Shown: positions 22,631 to 39,422 of the stretch, piece after piece | Numbering within the stretch: the stretch's first letter is position 1 | How the letters are laid out: each line of letters begins with the position of its first letter | Source: Sphaeroforma arctica JP610 | Lineage: Eukaryota | Length of the DNA: 39,422 bases | Assembly: GCF_001186125.1 (NCBI RefSeq) | Contig: NW_014039727.1 | Span: 1-39,422, forward strand | Direction: 5' to 3' | The notes under the pieces: model-generated | Seen by the model: the letters and a program-made list of their open reading frames with translations, nothing else | Told to the model about the DNA's origin: nothing | The model's database searches: none | Program-made: the position numbers and the translations under genes

Positions 22631-25600
22631 CTAAAAATTGCCTGCCTCCACCTCCATGGCGTGAATAATCCCAGGTGTGCTGACCCCTGCATCGCTGGCT
22701 GCGTATACGATTCTCTGCACTTCGTCAGGTTCAAACTCGTGCAAACGCGAGGCCACACATGCGTCTATGGCCTTATAAAACCTCTCTGTAGTGACCCCTT
22801 CTGCCACCATCAATTCCACCAACGATACCAGTTTGGACGCGGGCTGTACTGTATGCAGCGAGCCGATCTCGCGCTCAGCATGGTTCTTACTAGCCTCCTC
22901 GTGGCTCGTACCATCACCGAGGCGTATACTTGCGAGAATAATTTGTGTGCTTGGATGCAATCGGGACGATATCCTGCGTGCATCTGCATTCAGATCTCCA
23001 GGTTCTATAGCTGGGTCAGATCTGCTTTTGTCCTCTGTGTGTGCAGCCGCAAAGCGTGACGCAATTGCACGCAGCAAAGCCATACGCCTGTTCGCGTGTT
23101 CGCTGAACATAGTCATCGCCAGTGCCACACGGAACAGACTCTCGCCAGACAAGTTACGGAGATTCCTCTCAAGCAAATTGATAGCACACTTCAACGGTTG
23201 CTCGCCCATGGGGAAGCCCGCATTCGCATAGCTGACGACCACATTAGTCATATCCTCACCGGATAGACTGTTACGGGATGCAAGTATACTTTGAGCCAGA
23301 CGCCCGTACAGATCCTCGTTGGCTATACCCAGATGTGTACATGCGGCCAAAAGTTTGTGCAGATTCTGGCCCGTATAGTGATTTGGCATGGCGCATATGT
23401 GAGCTATAGCGGTGATGAAAAAAGGTTCCACACGCGCACACATGTCCGAGTGTTTCTGCCATCGATTCACGCACAGCTTGGTGAAGGCTTCCATCACATC
23501 GACCACTTGTGTGGGCGAGAAATCCGGCATGCGGTAGGCGGCCATGTGCGATAAACCCGTAAATACGTCATCAACATGCGCAGAATTGAAAGGAAGCTCG
23601 TGTGCTGCGTCTCCTAAAACAGATATAATCGTGCGCAGATCGTTCGGGTGGGGCGAAGATAACAGGCGCGTGCCATCTCCCGCATATAACTCCGTTCTAT
23701 CCAGACGCAGTTTCAGATAGTCGCGCTGCTCTGCAGAATACTGTGAAAGCGGTAGGGATGCGTGTGGACTTGCGAATGTCTGTTGAACTTTTCTGCGGTA
23801 GTTGTGATACGCCCTGGTGTATGTCAGCCGCTCCGATTCCTCTCCGTCTTTATCCTGTACCATGTCTTCTGCATCCCCCTCACTCTCGTAAATAGCTACG
23901 CTCGATACTCTTTCTCGGGTGGCAGTATTCTCTAATAACGATACTGTCGCATGGTTATCTGTACTCTCAAATACTTTTGACAGTCGCTCACCAACCCCGA
24001 GCGGTAGCACAGGCGTGCGTTTCGCATCATACGGTGTTCCAAACAATTGTTTGCGATGCCGTAGTAACCGCTTGGGCGTATCTTTGACCTTTCGCAGCAC
24101 TGACATCTCCTCCCACCATGTCCCAGGCTGTGAGTACAGCTTGTGCACAATCATAGATAGCACGCTTTCATCCCGCTTCGTGAACCCAGCAACAAACCTA
24201 AAGTGCCTGCAATCTTCGTCGGACATCCCGGTAAGAATTTTATCTTGAAACCGGTACACCTCCGCAATTGACGCGAGCAGATAGCTGTCACTCTCTGCCA
24301 TCGATCGTGCGCTCAACTTGTGCACGACATGCATCAGCATTGCTCGTGCTTGAGTGCTCTCCTGTGTGCTATCCCGACTTCCAATAGAGCCGCGTTGCTC
24401 AACACTGCTACCCAGCTCAGCCTCGTGGACGGTCCGTTGTACTCTCATCGACAAGGAAACGGTCGCCATATATTCTTCCAGCAACTCCATGGTACGTGTG
24501 CTGTCTTTTTTGTAATCATTCAACATCAAATGGCCTTTATCAGCCAGTTGTTTTTGTGCCACAGTACACCATAAGCTGAACACGGAATACAACCCGCGCA
24601 TATCCACATCATGCTTTGCAACCTTCGGAGCATAGCCCACCGGCATGTTCCGTGGGAGTCTAGTATTTCTATCACCCGTTGACTGAGTGCGAAGCTGTGC
24701 ACTCTTGAGCTGCACCAACAAAGGTTCAGCCATACACGCAGTCGCACTCATCATCGCATGTAACTGCTTATCCGTGAATGTGCCAACATTCGCGGTGGCA
24801 CACTTTAATATGTCGCCCATAAACTGAGCTCGTACACCCAGCGTCCCCGGATCGAGGTGTGTCTGTAGTACATCGAGAGAAGACGCACATGCGTGTGCAA
24901 CTGTCACCAGTCCTTGGTTATCCAAGTCAGGCAGACGCGGTCTGGCATACACAAATACTGCATCCATAGCACCCCGTCCCAAATGCAACAGGCGCGGTAG
25001 AGTCGCAATCGTATCGACCAGATGCCCCAAATGACTGGCTGTGTGCGTACTCGCAGGAACCTGCCACTGTTGCAAGCTTAGCGCTTGCTTCCCATACTGT
25101 GCGTCTACGTCCACCAACAAACCTACACCAACCTTCACCTTGGACGTCAGCCTCTTTACCATCGACTCAACCAAGTTGATCGAATACGGCCCGCGGGGAT
25201 ACCGCTCAATCGCGCGTCGCCATAGCAACGACGCTTCCCCTGCATACTTGATACCCGGAACACTCTCGAGACGCACATGATGGCTCATCAAAATATCGCG
25301 TATCCTAGAAAATTCTCGGCTCTTGTATCCAGGATCCAAGCCACTTTCTGCCATCTGCGCCAAACGCCATCCACAAGCCATTATCGCGTGTGTGCCTTCT
25401 ATGGGAGGCTGTATAATCCGCAGAGGGCGTGTATGTGCTGCCACAGGATCGCCGCGTGTGTCCAGAATTCCGTCAACCAAGGGCAATAAATCGTAAATGT
25501 GCTGTGGGTGCCTGGTTTTGGGATGAGTCACTAGGTTGAAGACCTCCTTCCACTTTTGTATTTCAAGATCCTCCTCGTTCACGGTATTATCTTTCTTGCT

Positions 25601-28600
25601 CGGTACACGAATTTGCTTGTGCTTCTGCAAGTGAGTGGCTGCGTTTGTATGAGTAGGCTGATGTACGTTTAACCTGACCCTGTGTGCCACAGATTGCTGT
25701 TGCCCAGTGTGTATGGGCAAGCTCTCTTGTGCGCGCTGGAGGTCTGCTGTGAGTTTACTCTGCCGCACAGTGATGACACCGCCGTTATTTCCCGAACACT
25801 CTGTGACCAGCGTCTCCCGTCTGTTTTGATGCGGGTTGTCCGGTTTTGGCTTGGCGCTCTCAGGTGTCCTCACAGATACTCTGGTCGCCCCTATTGTCTC
25901 CGGCGCACTAATAACTGTATCAAATCCCACCTCACCTCCAACGTTCTTGCTCAGCCCTTGTCCCGGTCGCACGTGGTGCATGCCCTCCTTTGAATACAGC
26001 GCTTGCTGTCTTATATTCGTCTGTTGTCCAAACTGTGCTTTAGTCTGTGCTGTACCATCGTTTGGTTCTGCTCGAAGCTTTGCTTGCGACTCCGTCCTGC
26101 TTTTTCTCCGCGACTCCGCGTTCAGAACTTTCTGCACCTCTTCACCAATACTTCTCCTCGCATCGGTCCCTGTCATTTTCTGCACTTCACATGTGTTGAC
26201 AGCATTTTGCGTGGGCTTGTAAGATGGTGCTGATAGCCGGTGTTGTGATAGCGTCGGAGTTTGCGCTTGTACACTTGTCTTTGTAGATGTCTGTAGCGTC
26301 AGTTGTGGTTGGACGTGTGACCTCGTCTGTGGTCGTATCGGTGAACTATCTTCACCAAAGGCTTCTACTTTTGCCGATATATTTGGTTGGTGTTTGACCT
26401 GAAAAATTGCCTCTACTTCTGTCTGCGTAAGTGGTTTGAGTGTCTGTTGAGGCTTTGTTTGGGGTGTAAATGTATACTGTGTCTGCACCCCTGTCTGTAT
26501 GATCGCTTCGGGCGACATGTCTATACTTATACTGTGCAAAGAGCTATGTGTTTCTCTTACAAACTTCCTTATACTATCCTTATTCGTGGGCGTATTGAGG
26601 ATTGGCGCCAAACTTGTTACTGTAAGCTCCTTCGATCTGACAAATTGGTTGAGTTCACCGCCAGGCCCTCCTTGTCCTCCCACACCACTGAGGTTGCTCG
26701 CACACTCATTCCGAACACTTAATTCTGTGCTCGCATTGGGCTTCATCTCATGTATCCTATGAGTTGCCGTAGCATTCCTACTTACTCCCAACAATGCACA
26801 TTCTGCCAACCTCTCCCTCTCGAGCTTTTCCGTATATTGTTGTGTTCTCTGTATGCCTCTTAGTCGTAACCTCTCTTTTCTGGATAACTTTGGTGGCGTG
26901 TCTGTTTGCCTACTCGTCGGCTGTTTAAATTGTGTGGGTGTTGCTTTGTTGAACTGTGTCCATGTCCCTGGTGTTGATTGTCTGTTGGACTGTTCTTTCA
27001 ACTGTGTTTGTTGCCTAGATACTAACTGACAACCATCATGTGGCTTTGGCTGATTTACTACTGGATGTGGCTGTTCCTTCGATGTGACTTGTATGTGTCT
27101 GTCGGGCAACGCACTCGCGCGAGTGCTCGTCGGACTCAAACGACCTGGCACATGTCCCTCTACCTTGACCTCGCCATACGTACGTAAAGATGGCGACGTG
27201 ATAATCTGAGGTTTCCCTTGTGATTGGGCTCGTGGCCCTGACCGCCAACGTCTTGGTTGCTCACCTTCCATCCCACTCGTGCTTATCTCGATGCTCTTGG
27301 GTTTATGTGTACCTGTGTGCGTCTGTGAGTGTAATTCCAGTGTGTGTGAGTTCGGGGGCAGACGGCCTTGCGCTTCATACTGCAATTCAACCTTACGACT
27401 GCTTCTACCATTGTCAGTACTTTGTCCTGAGCCGTAGGTGCAAGCGGTATTGTATCGCATACTCGATCCCTTATATGTATTGGATACACCCCCTTGTCCG
27501 GGCGGGAGTGCCGCACTGTCTGCAATTGCGTCTTTTTTGGCACTGCGAAGCGCTTCACCAATATCGTTGAGTCTTATATACTGCCTAAGTGGTGGTGTGC
27601 GTGGTCTGCTTCGAGAATATCTCAGATTTAACTGACTGAGTGTTGGATCCAGGCTCACTTCTTCCCAGCCCGCCTCTATCACTATCGTGTTGCTTGTTGT
27701 ACTATCTGTGCGAATTAACTGTCCATCTGTGCGGACAGGTCTCCCGCTACTGCCACCTTTACCCTCATTCATAACACCCACTTCCCTATCCCTTCCTTCT
27801 GCCATAATGACTGTTTTCGTCTGTGGAGCCTCTGTATATGTCCGCTTATCTACCTTTTCCGGCGCAGCTGCTTGCTTCTTGAGTGGCATATCCTTGAGAG
27901 TCTGTATAGTCGACTCTATCCGCTTTCCCTTCTGTCGCTGGCTTGCTTGTACATGTGTGCGCACAGTCTTGTGATCGTCTTCCAGCACAGCCACGGCACA
28001 CCTCCGCCGCCGTTGTGCATGCGTGCGTATGCGTGACATGATGTCAATGAAAGACACCCCCGTGTGCAACCCCCGTCTCTCTACTAACATGGCAGTAGAT
28101 GCACTTGTGTAGCGTACAGCGTTCAAAAATGAGTTTGAGTATGTACTATCGTGTGTGTGTTTGGAAGTCAGTCTACACACATACTCATTGTGTTTGAAAC
28201 TAGTACTAATATTCGTTAACATACGCTGTGCCTTCCACCCGATACCGGTCTTGCGTTGTGCGTGGTGCGTTGGTCTCTGTGAAGGCATAGACGTCTTCTG
28301 AGAAGCTCGCAGAATCATTACCCTACCAATATACCCAATACACAAGTTATATGCCGTCTGCGTGTGTATGTAAGTGTGTATAGATCGGCTAGATATACAA
28401 ACACCAACATCTGTCTTGCTACAACACAGTAATTTACGTGGTGTGTGTGCTAGTCTCTTCGTCACTTTACAAGCACCATATCGACGTGTATCCACGCCGC
28501 GACGTACAGCATTAATACTACTATGCTGATTACGTGTATGGTTGTGTATATAGTATGCCAACGTGTCAGTGTGATGCGCATGTGCTATCGTGTGCGTACC

Positions 28601-28783
28601 CCTCGGCACCTTAGCAACCCCTCTAAAGCGTATACGCTTGTACATTTCTATGAACACCCCGAGTGCACGAGAAGTTATACTGCTATTCCTGTATTCAATA
28701 CATCTATACTGGCTGGTAGCTTGAGTATGTATATATTTACGTGCCTCTAAGTTACGGAAGTATGCTGGTGTTGCTCGCTGCAT
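22631..28783 (-). CDS. Very large intronless protein (up to 2050 aa): basic N-terminus, long disordered Q/T/S/P-rich middle, C-terminal FASTK/OPR/HPR-like helical repeats; probable organellar RNA-binding protein
   Basis: 6.15-kb uninterrupted ORF. Repeats of about 37-40 aa: MPDFSPTQVVDVMEAFTKL, YTGQNLHKLLAACTHLGIANEDLYGRLAQSI, LSGEDMTNVVVSYANAGF, LSGESLFRVALAMTMF, RLHEFEPDEVQRIVYAASDAGV. The true start codon is uncertain and the family call is by eye. Confidence 0.72.
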   Translation of the reverse strand: MQRATPAYFRNLEARKYIHTQATSQYRCIEYRNSSITSRALGVFIEMYKRIRFRGVAKVPRGTHTIAHAHHTDTLAYYIHNHTRNQHSSINAVRRGVDTRRYGACKVTKRLAHTPRKLLCCSKTDVGVCISSRSIHTYIHTQTAYNLCIGYIGRVMILRASQKTSMPSQRPTHHAQRKTGIGWKAQRMLTNISTSFKHNEYVCRLTSKHTHDSTYSNSFLNAVRYTSASTAMLVERRGLHTGVSFIDIMSRIRTHAQRRRRCAVAVLEDDHKTVRTHVQASQRQKGKRIESTIQTLKDMPLKKQAAAPEKVDKRTYTEAPQTKTVIMAEGRDREVGVMNEGKGGSSGRPVRTDGQLIRTDSTTSNTIVIEAGWEEVSLDPTLSQLNLRYSRSRPRTPPLRQYIRLNDIGEALRSAKKDAIADSAALPPGQGGVSNTYKGSSMRYNTACTYGSGQSTDNGRSSRKVELQYEAQGRLPPNSHTLELHSQTHTGTHKPKSIEISTSGMEGEQPRRWRSGPRAQSQGKPQIITSPSLRTYGEVKVEGHVPGRLSPTSTRASALPDRHIQVTSKEQPHPVVNQPKPHDGCQLVSRQQTQLKEQSNRQSTPGTWTQFNKATPTQFKQPTSRQTDTPPKLSRKERLRLRGIQRTQQYTEKLERERLAECALLGVSRNATATHRIHEMKPNASTELSVRNECASNLSGVGGQGGPGGELNQFVRSKELTVTSLAPILNTPTNKDSIRKFVRETHSSLHSISIDMSPEAIIQTGVQTQYTFTPQTKPQQTLKPLTQTEVEAIFQVKHQPNISAKVEAFGEDSSPIRPQTRSHVQPQLTLQTSTKTSVQAQTPTLSQHRLSAPSYKPTQNAVNTCEVQKMTGTDARRSIGEEVQKVLNAESRRKSRTESQAKLRAEPNDGTAQTKAQFGQQTNIRQQALYSKEGMHHVRPGQGLSKNVGGEVGFDTVISAPETIGATRVSVRTPESAKPKPDNPHQNRRETLVTECSGNNGGVITVRQSKLTADLQRAQESLPIHTGQQQSVAHRVRLNVHQPTHTNAATHLQKHKQIRVPSKKDNTVNEEDLEIQKWKEVFNLVTHPKTRHPQHIYDLLPLVDGILDTRGDPVAAHTRPLRIIQPPIEGTHAIMACGWRLAQMAESGLDPGYKSREFSRIRDILMSHHVRLESVPGIKYAGEASLLWRRAIERYPRGPYSINLVESMVKRLTSKVKVGVGLLVDVDAQYGKQALSLQQWQVPASTHTASHLGHLVDTIATLPRLLHLGRGAMDAVFVYARPRLPDLDNQGLVTVAHACASSLDVLQTHLDPGTLGVRAQFMGDILKCATANVGTFTDKQLHAMMSATACMAEPLLVQLKSAQLRTQSTGDRNTRLPRNMPVGYAPKVAKHDVDMRGLYSVFSLWCTVAQKQLADKGHLMLNDYKKDSTRTMELLEEYMATVSLSMRVQRTVHEAELGSSVEQRGSIGSRDSTQESTQARAMLMHVVHKLSARSMAESDSYLLASIAEVYRFQDKILTGMSDEDCRHFRFVAGFTKRDESVLSMIVHKLYSQPGTWWEEMSVLRKVKDTPKRLLRHRKQLFGTPYDAKRTPVLPLGVGERLSKVFESTDNHATVSLLENTATRERVSSVAIYESEGDAEDMVQDKDGEESERLTYTRAYHNYRRKVQQTFASPHASLPLSQYSAEQRDYLKLRLDRTELYAGDGTRLLSSPHPNDLRTIISVLGDAAHELPFNSAHVDDVFTGLSHMAAYRMPDFSPTQVVDVMEAFTKLCVNRWQKHSDMCARVEPFFITAIAHICAMPNHYTGQNLHKLLAACTHLGIANEDLYGRLAQSILASRNSLSGEDMTNVVVSYANAGFPMGEQPLKCAINLLERNLRNLSGESLFRVALAMTMFSEHANRRMALLRAIASRFAAAHTEDKSRSDPAIEPGDLNADARRISSRLHPSTQIILASIRLGDGTSHEEASKNHAEREIGSLHTVQPASKLVSLVELMVAEGVTTERFYKAIDACVASRLHEFEPDEVQRIVYAASDAGVSTPGIIHAMEVEAGNF

Positions 28784-29388
28784 TGTGCTGACTATTACTT
28801 TTCGACGCTGTTTCCGTGCTAGATGATCACCTCACCATCCCGACGTATGCCAAACGAGAGACCCTTCCGATGCACATGTAGCGCTTGCCACAGTACAAAC
28901 ACTATCGACCTATATCGCACTTACATCCCACACACGTAGCTGTGTGGCGTATACATAGTCTATCGTGTGACATGTATTTATCGTACTTCAATAAGTTGCA
29001 TACCATATTTTTAGTATACTTGGTTACAATATTACCGGTTAAATAGTGTAAAAGGCGGGCTTTTACAGTGAGCTCATGTGTTTTTTTGCAACAAAAGTGC
29101 ATTCACATGGCTGCCGGCCTTTTGATCTCTCCACGGTATGTATTGAACTTACTGTGTGTCTATAATTATTAAATTATTTTAATATATAAATAGCGAGTAT
29201 GTATATGTTACTAGGGCTGCCTAGAGTGTATTCACTGTTCACCGTGTTATATACATGTTAGATAGCAGACAGATGCAGAACAACAGCGGCCAATATACAT
29301 ACCGATTGCTCCTTCTCGTACAACAACTTCCCGTATACACAAATACGCACACCGCATTGACATAATATTTACGCAGTTATACACAGAA

Positions 29389-35107
<5,719 letters not shown>

Positions 35108-35159
35108 TTGTTACCACAAATAAAAAATAGATCAATAAATACACTACATATCATATGGT

Positions 35160-35420
35160 TATTTCAACCAAGAATTTGAATCGTATGAACCTTATGTCTT
35201 CTTATGTATATATCTTGGTATTTGTTTATATGTATATTGCCTGTAGGTCATGGATTTGAATTGTAGTAACCCTATATGTTCTTATGTATATATCTTGGTA
35301 TATGTGTATATGTATGCTGTTATTTAGGTCAAAAACTTGAATCGTTTGAACCATATATCTTCTTATGTATATATCTCGGGATATGTGTGTATGTATATTG
35401 TTATTTACATAGGTTACAAA
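35160..35420. repeat. Three degenerate ~80-bp tandem copies just downstream of the QTRT1 stop
   Basis: Core cttatgtatatatct(t/c)gg at about 35201, 35281 and 35362, each preceded by ttgaat.gt...aacc. Confidence 0.85.
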
Positions 35421-35809
35421 AATGTATTTTATGGATTTTGAAAAAAAAATCCCATCAAGCTCCAAACCCTACATATTACAAATCGCCGTAGAGTTCTGAA
35501 GGACCAAACCCCGCCCAACGAATCAAAACGCAGTAATTATTGTCATATTTAGCAAAAGGGAATCAGGAGATCTCGAGAGAGAGAGAGGCAGCGAACTTCG
35601 CGGTCCTTCTATGAGTATGTCCACTCAACCCTCCTGTGAGAGAGACATATTGTAGGCTATGGCCTGAGGAAGAACTCACGCGTATGTGATACAAACACGC
35701 TTATGGTAATATCTGTGTGCGATATCTACAAGCAACGTAATTGAAACTGACTCTCTTGTAGGCTAGAATAACATACTTCTACGAAACCTTGCATAATCTA
35801 ATATATTCA

Positions 35810-37279
35810 ATGTCGGCCTTCGCATCCTACACGTGTAGCCGGCATGTCTCTCTGCGAGCTCTGCGCGCCATAGCGGGAAGTGTTCTTAGTAAGAAGTATA
35901 GCACTGCTATTCGACCGGACGGTGAGATATACGATGTCGCAGTCCTGGGAGGGGGTATAGTGGGCGTCACCACAGCACGGGAGATCAAGAAGAAATATCC
36001 GAACAAAACGATTACTATAATAGAGAAGGAAAGTGAAGGTAAGGTAATGAATATAACACAGAGACTAGAAGAATAACTAATTTCAAACGTGCCATCTGTG
36101 TTTATGAGGATATTCTGAACGCTTTTGCGTATCCAGACTTGTGTAGATGATATAAATGTTCCTGGAGTCGACCATTTTCTTTCGTTTGCTTGCGTGCACT
36201 GCATAAGTCTTCATTCGTGCTCCATGTTTTTATATAAGCAATGCTTGTGTTCTATGGCTTATATTTCCTCCCGACTGATCCATAATTATATGTACCTTGA
36301 AGAATAAAACTGCGAGTGCAATACTAGCTGTGCGTGAATCTATTACGATTGTTGTCATATACATAGCAATGTACCGGTCTTAGCTATGGGCAGATATAGG
36401 TCGAATCTTGCGAGCGTATACTGTGAAAGTTCGTATGAGCACCCGATACAGTTTTTATATCGTAATATAAGTCCGAGTCTTACTATGTAGCAATTGAGTG
36501 GCCTCAGTAAATTCTCTGAATGGGATGGAGAGAAGGCGCTTTAATTTGTTTATTATAGCGGGCCTGCGCACACACAAGTACGCAAAGTCAACTCATTATC
36601 TGTAGAAAGCGCAACTGACATGTTTAATCCCCTCACACACCTTACGTATACGTATACAATATCTTTTATGCCGGCACAGTTGGAGGCCATCAGACCAACC
36701 ATAACAGCGGGGTAATACACGCAGGAATCTACTACAAACCCGGATCGTCTATTGCACGGTGCTGTGTGCGTGGTCTCGATCTGATGTACGAGTATTGTGC
36801 CAAGCATAATATACCTGCCAAGCGAGTGGGGAAGCTCATCGCTGCCGTGGATGAGAACGAGCACAAGGTGCTGCTGGACTTAATTAAGAATGGACAGGAG
36901 AATGGAGTCAAGGGTCTGGAAATTTTTTACCGTGAACAGGTGGGTCACTTTGCCTGCCGTGTGCTTTAGCGTATCAAACATTCGTATATAGTAATAATTA
37001 ATTTGGTTTCACGAATATGTATAGATTGTTTCTACTTGTAGTACTCATTACTTCACAGGGATAGGCACATTTTTGAATTCGTATCGTACACTACATAATT
37101 ATATCGATACAAAAGGCATATATATGTACAGGNNNNNNNNNNNNNNNNNNNNNNNNNNNNNNNNNNNNNNNNNNNNNNNNNNNNNNNNNNNNNNNNNNNN
37201 NNNNNNNNNNNNNNNNNNNNNNNNNNNNNNNNNNNNNNNNNNNNNNNNNNNNNNNNNNNNNNNNNNNNNNNNNNNNNNN

Positions 37280-37349
<70 letters not shown>

Positions 37350-37394
37350 ATGTATATCTATGTATATGTAGATATATATATATGTATGTATATG

Positions 37395-37466
<72 letters not shown>

Positions 37467-37545
37467 TGTGTGTATGTGTATGTATGTATGCATGTATGTA
37501 TGTATGTATGTGTGTATATGTATATATGTATAGTTAAATGTATAT

Positions 37546-37582
<37 letters not shown>

Positions 37583-39112
37583 CTATATATCGCTAGATAC
37601 CTATTTAAGCATCTGTGTATTTTCTTGCGTATGTTTATTTGTCTTTCTTTTAAAGTCCGATCATTTTTGTTTGATTTTCATTGATGTTTTCTTTGGTTAA
37701 TTATAGTGTCATCAAACAGTCACTTTGGCCAGGTTCGTGCTCCTCGTGCCACATATTTTTGCGTACGATTTGTATATCTTATTTGAGAATTCGTCGGGGG
37801 GCGATAGTTTATGTATTAATTTGATGGGTAGTTGTCTCAGCAGAAGTATCACTATAGCGCTGTGTGAATTCTGCCTTGGTTACGAAGCCGGTAGAAATTG
37901 GTAGTCGCCGCATGTACAGTTCGACACTTAGTAGGCTAATACGTATATGCTATCTATAGGTTAAAGCGAAAGAGCCGTATGTGGATGTCTACTCAGCGCT
38001 GTGGTCGCCAAACACGGGGGTAGTGGACTTTGCTCAAGTGACAAGGCATATTGCAAGTGCACTCGCAAACAACGGAGAAGTGGACGTTCGTCTACAATTC
38101 GAAGTCAAATCAATGCAGAAAAAAGTGGTATGCTCAGGTTGAAACCTCCTTTTAGCTGCAATATACGCTGCAGACAGGTAGCGTATGGTGATATTGTACT
38201 GCCGTAGAATACGGCTGAATTGCAACTCTTCTACTGATCCAATAAGTAATGGACGAATGTATATCCGGGTAAAATTTTGAAGCCATGGACTTGATATTGT
38301 AATCTAACTACAGGCAGCGTCTACTCTGTCTATACAGAGGCCGTTAATTTTTTTTATCTAGTGTCCATTCCAAACGCCAAGCATACATTTCACTATGCCG
38401 TGGGCAGCAGCCCGATCACCGCCAAAACCGTTCCACTATATTTTGTCAGAAGCATCGCATTCACATGCAATGCGGAACTAGTGGCCGTTATAAGCTCAGA
38501 GGAGAAAACAGACATCACTCCTACGTTCTAAAAATATTCAGTTTAGACCACAGGGACTCGCAGCCTAAATACAACAGATTTTATCGATCAAACAAACACT
38601 TGATGTGAAATTGGCACGCCGCTGTCCATCGAATTGTGCATCCTAATGAGAAATAGCTTCTTTGTACATGTATTGAAAGTATTTGGCAGGAGACTTCTAC
38701 TCGCATCACACCGGGCCAGGCCGAACTGTCGCGGCAACGACTAATATACTTGCGCATACAAATCTCCCGCGTTAAACGCAACCGAACGCCTTCAATCTTT
38801 GCCTCAATCAGGGCCCGCGCTACCATCTATTAGTGAGTTTTTGCCCTACCATATAGCCAAGAGTTGCCGATACCGACATAGCACCTCCACCCTCCCTGCC
38901 TCATACGACCGATCGCACACCAAATTGCCATTCGCACAGGATGCCCACGGCGACGTCCTGGTCGAGATACAAGGCCTTGAGCAGCGCCAACTGGGACCAG
39001 TGAAGACTGTGAGAGCGAGGCACGCCATCAGCTGCTGTGGACTGCAAAGCGACCTCGTGGGAAGACTTGGCGGCGGTGCGGTGTTGCCAAAGATCGTCAA
39101 CTTTCGCGGACG
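35810..39112 (+). CDS. L2HGDH: L-2-hydroxyglutarate dehydrogenase (FAD-dependent, mitochondrial); 5' part, continues beyond the right edge
   Basis: Exons 35810-36038, 36680-36939, 37960-38127, 38940-39112, in phase. Motifs: [12 protein letters not shown] (FAD-binding), [53 protein letters not shown]. The Arg/Ser-rich N-terminus resembles a mitochondrial presequence. Confidence 0.93.
37133..37590. repeat. Assembly gap (37133-37279) followed by (TA)n/(TG)n/(TATG)n microsatellite in L2HGDH intron 2
   Basis: Directly visible. Confidence 0.9.
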
Positions 39113-39203
39113 GTATGTGCAGCGAGCTCGGGTGCATTCATGGAGTGTGCGTAGATGTGTGTATGACTGTGTTTGTGCAGTACGTTCATGTATGCATGTG
39201 TTG

Positions 39204-39288
39204 GCTGTGAACTGCTTTGGCCCACTTGTGACCTTGTGGGAGGATTGAATAGTAGTGTGAGGCTGCCGAAGATCTTGAATTTTTGCAC
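39204..39288 (+). pseudogene. Degenerate partial duplicate (pseudo-exon) of the 3' half of L2HGDH exon 4, inside the following intron
   Basis: Reads AVNCFG-(1-nt deletion)-DLVGGLNSSVRLPKILNFC versus exon 4 [28 protein letters not shown]; an in-frame TGA follows. Confidence 0.7.
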
Positions 39289-39422
39289 CTGATGTGTACA
39301 CCTGGCGTGATTTAATTTCTGTACCTGGTGTGTCTTTAGTTTTTGCACCAGGTGTGTCTTTAGTTTTTGCACCTGGTGTGTCTTTACTTTTTACACCTGG
39401 TGTGTCTTCAGTATTTGCACCT
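39278..39422. repeat. 24-bp minisatellite (cctggtgtgtctttagtttttgca)n, runs off the window edge
   Basis: About 5-6 degenerate copies visible; gives the 8-aa periodic antisense ORF QKLKTHxV. Confidence 0.88.

Noticed and set aside
22661..28750. Many plus-strand ORFs of 60-146 aa
   Set aside because: Antisense shadows of the 2050-aa ORF with no recognisable motifs.

Overview
Eukaryotic, intron-rich genomic DNA with GT-AG introns, long TA/TG/TATG microsatellites and two N-gaps; no prokaryotic features. I built nine protein-coding gene models by hand from splice sites and phase continuity. In order: the first coding exon of a CAMK-group kinase (-, runs off the left edge); a RUN + Rubicon-homology protein of the PLEKHM1/Rubicon family (-); Yippee/YPEL (+); RPL38 (-); a SAP18 fused to a long N-terminal RS/RGG domain (+); a MELK-like kinase with KA1 domain (+); a 2050-aa intronless protein with FASTK/OPR/HPR-like helical repeats (-); QTRT1 queuine tRNA-ribosyltransferase (+); and L-2-hydroxyglutarate dehydrogenase (+, runs off the right edge). 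The animal-like gene set in a compact genome suggests a unicellular holozoan, possibly an ichthyosporean such as Sphaeroforma. This is inference only. The best leads are: the RS-SAP18 fusion; a possible stop-containing cassette exon giving RPL38 two C-termini; the giant intronless helical-repeat protein; a near-perfect 26-bp-stem hairpin at 21900-21969; a decayed copy of an L2HGDH exon inside the next intron; and intronic microsatellites that read UG/UAUG on the transcribed strand.
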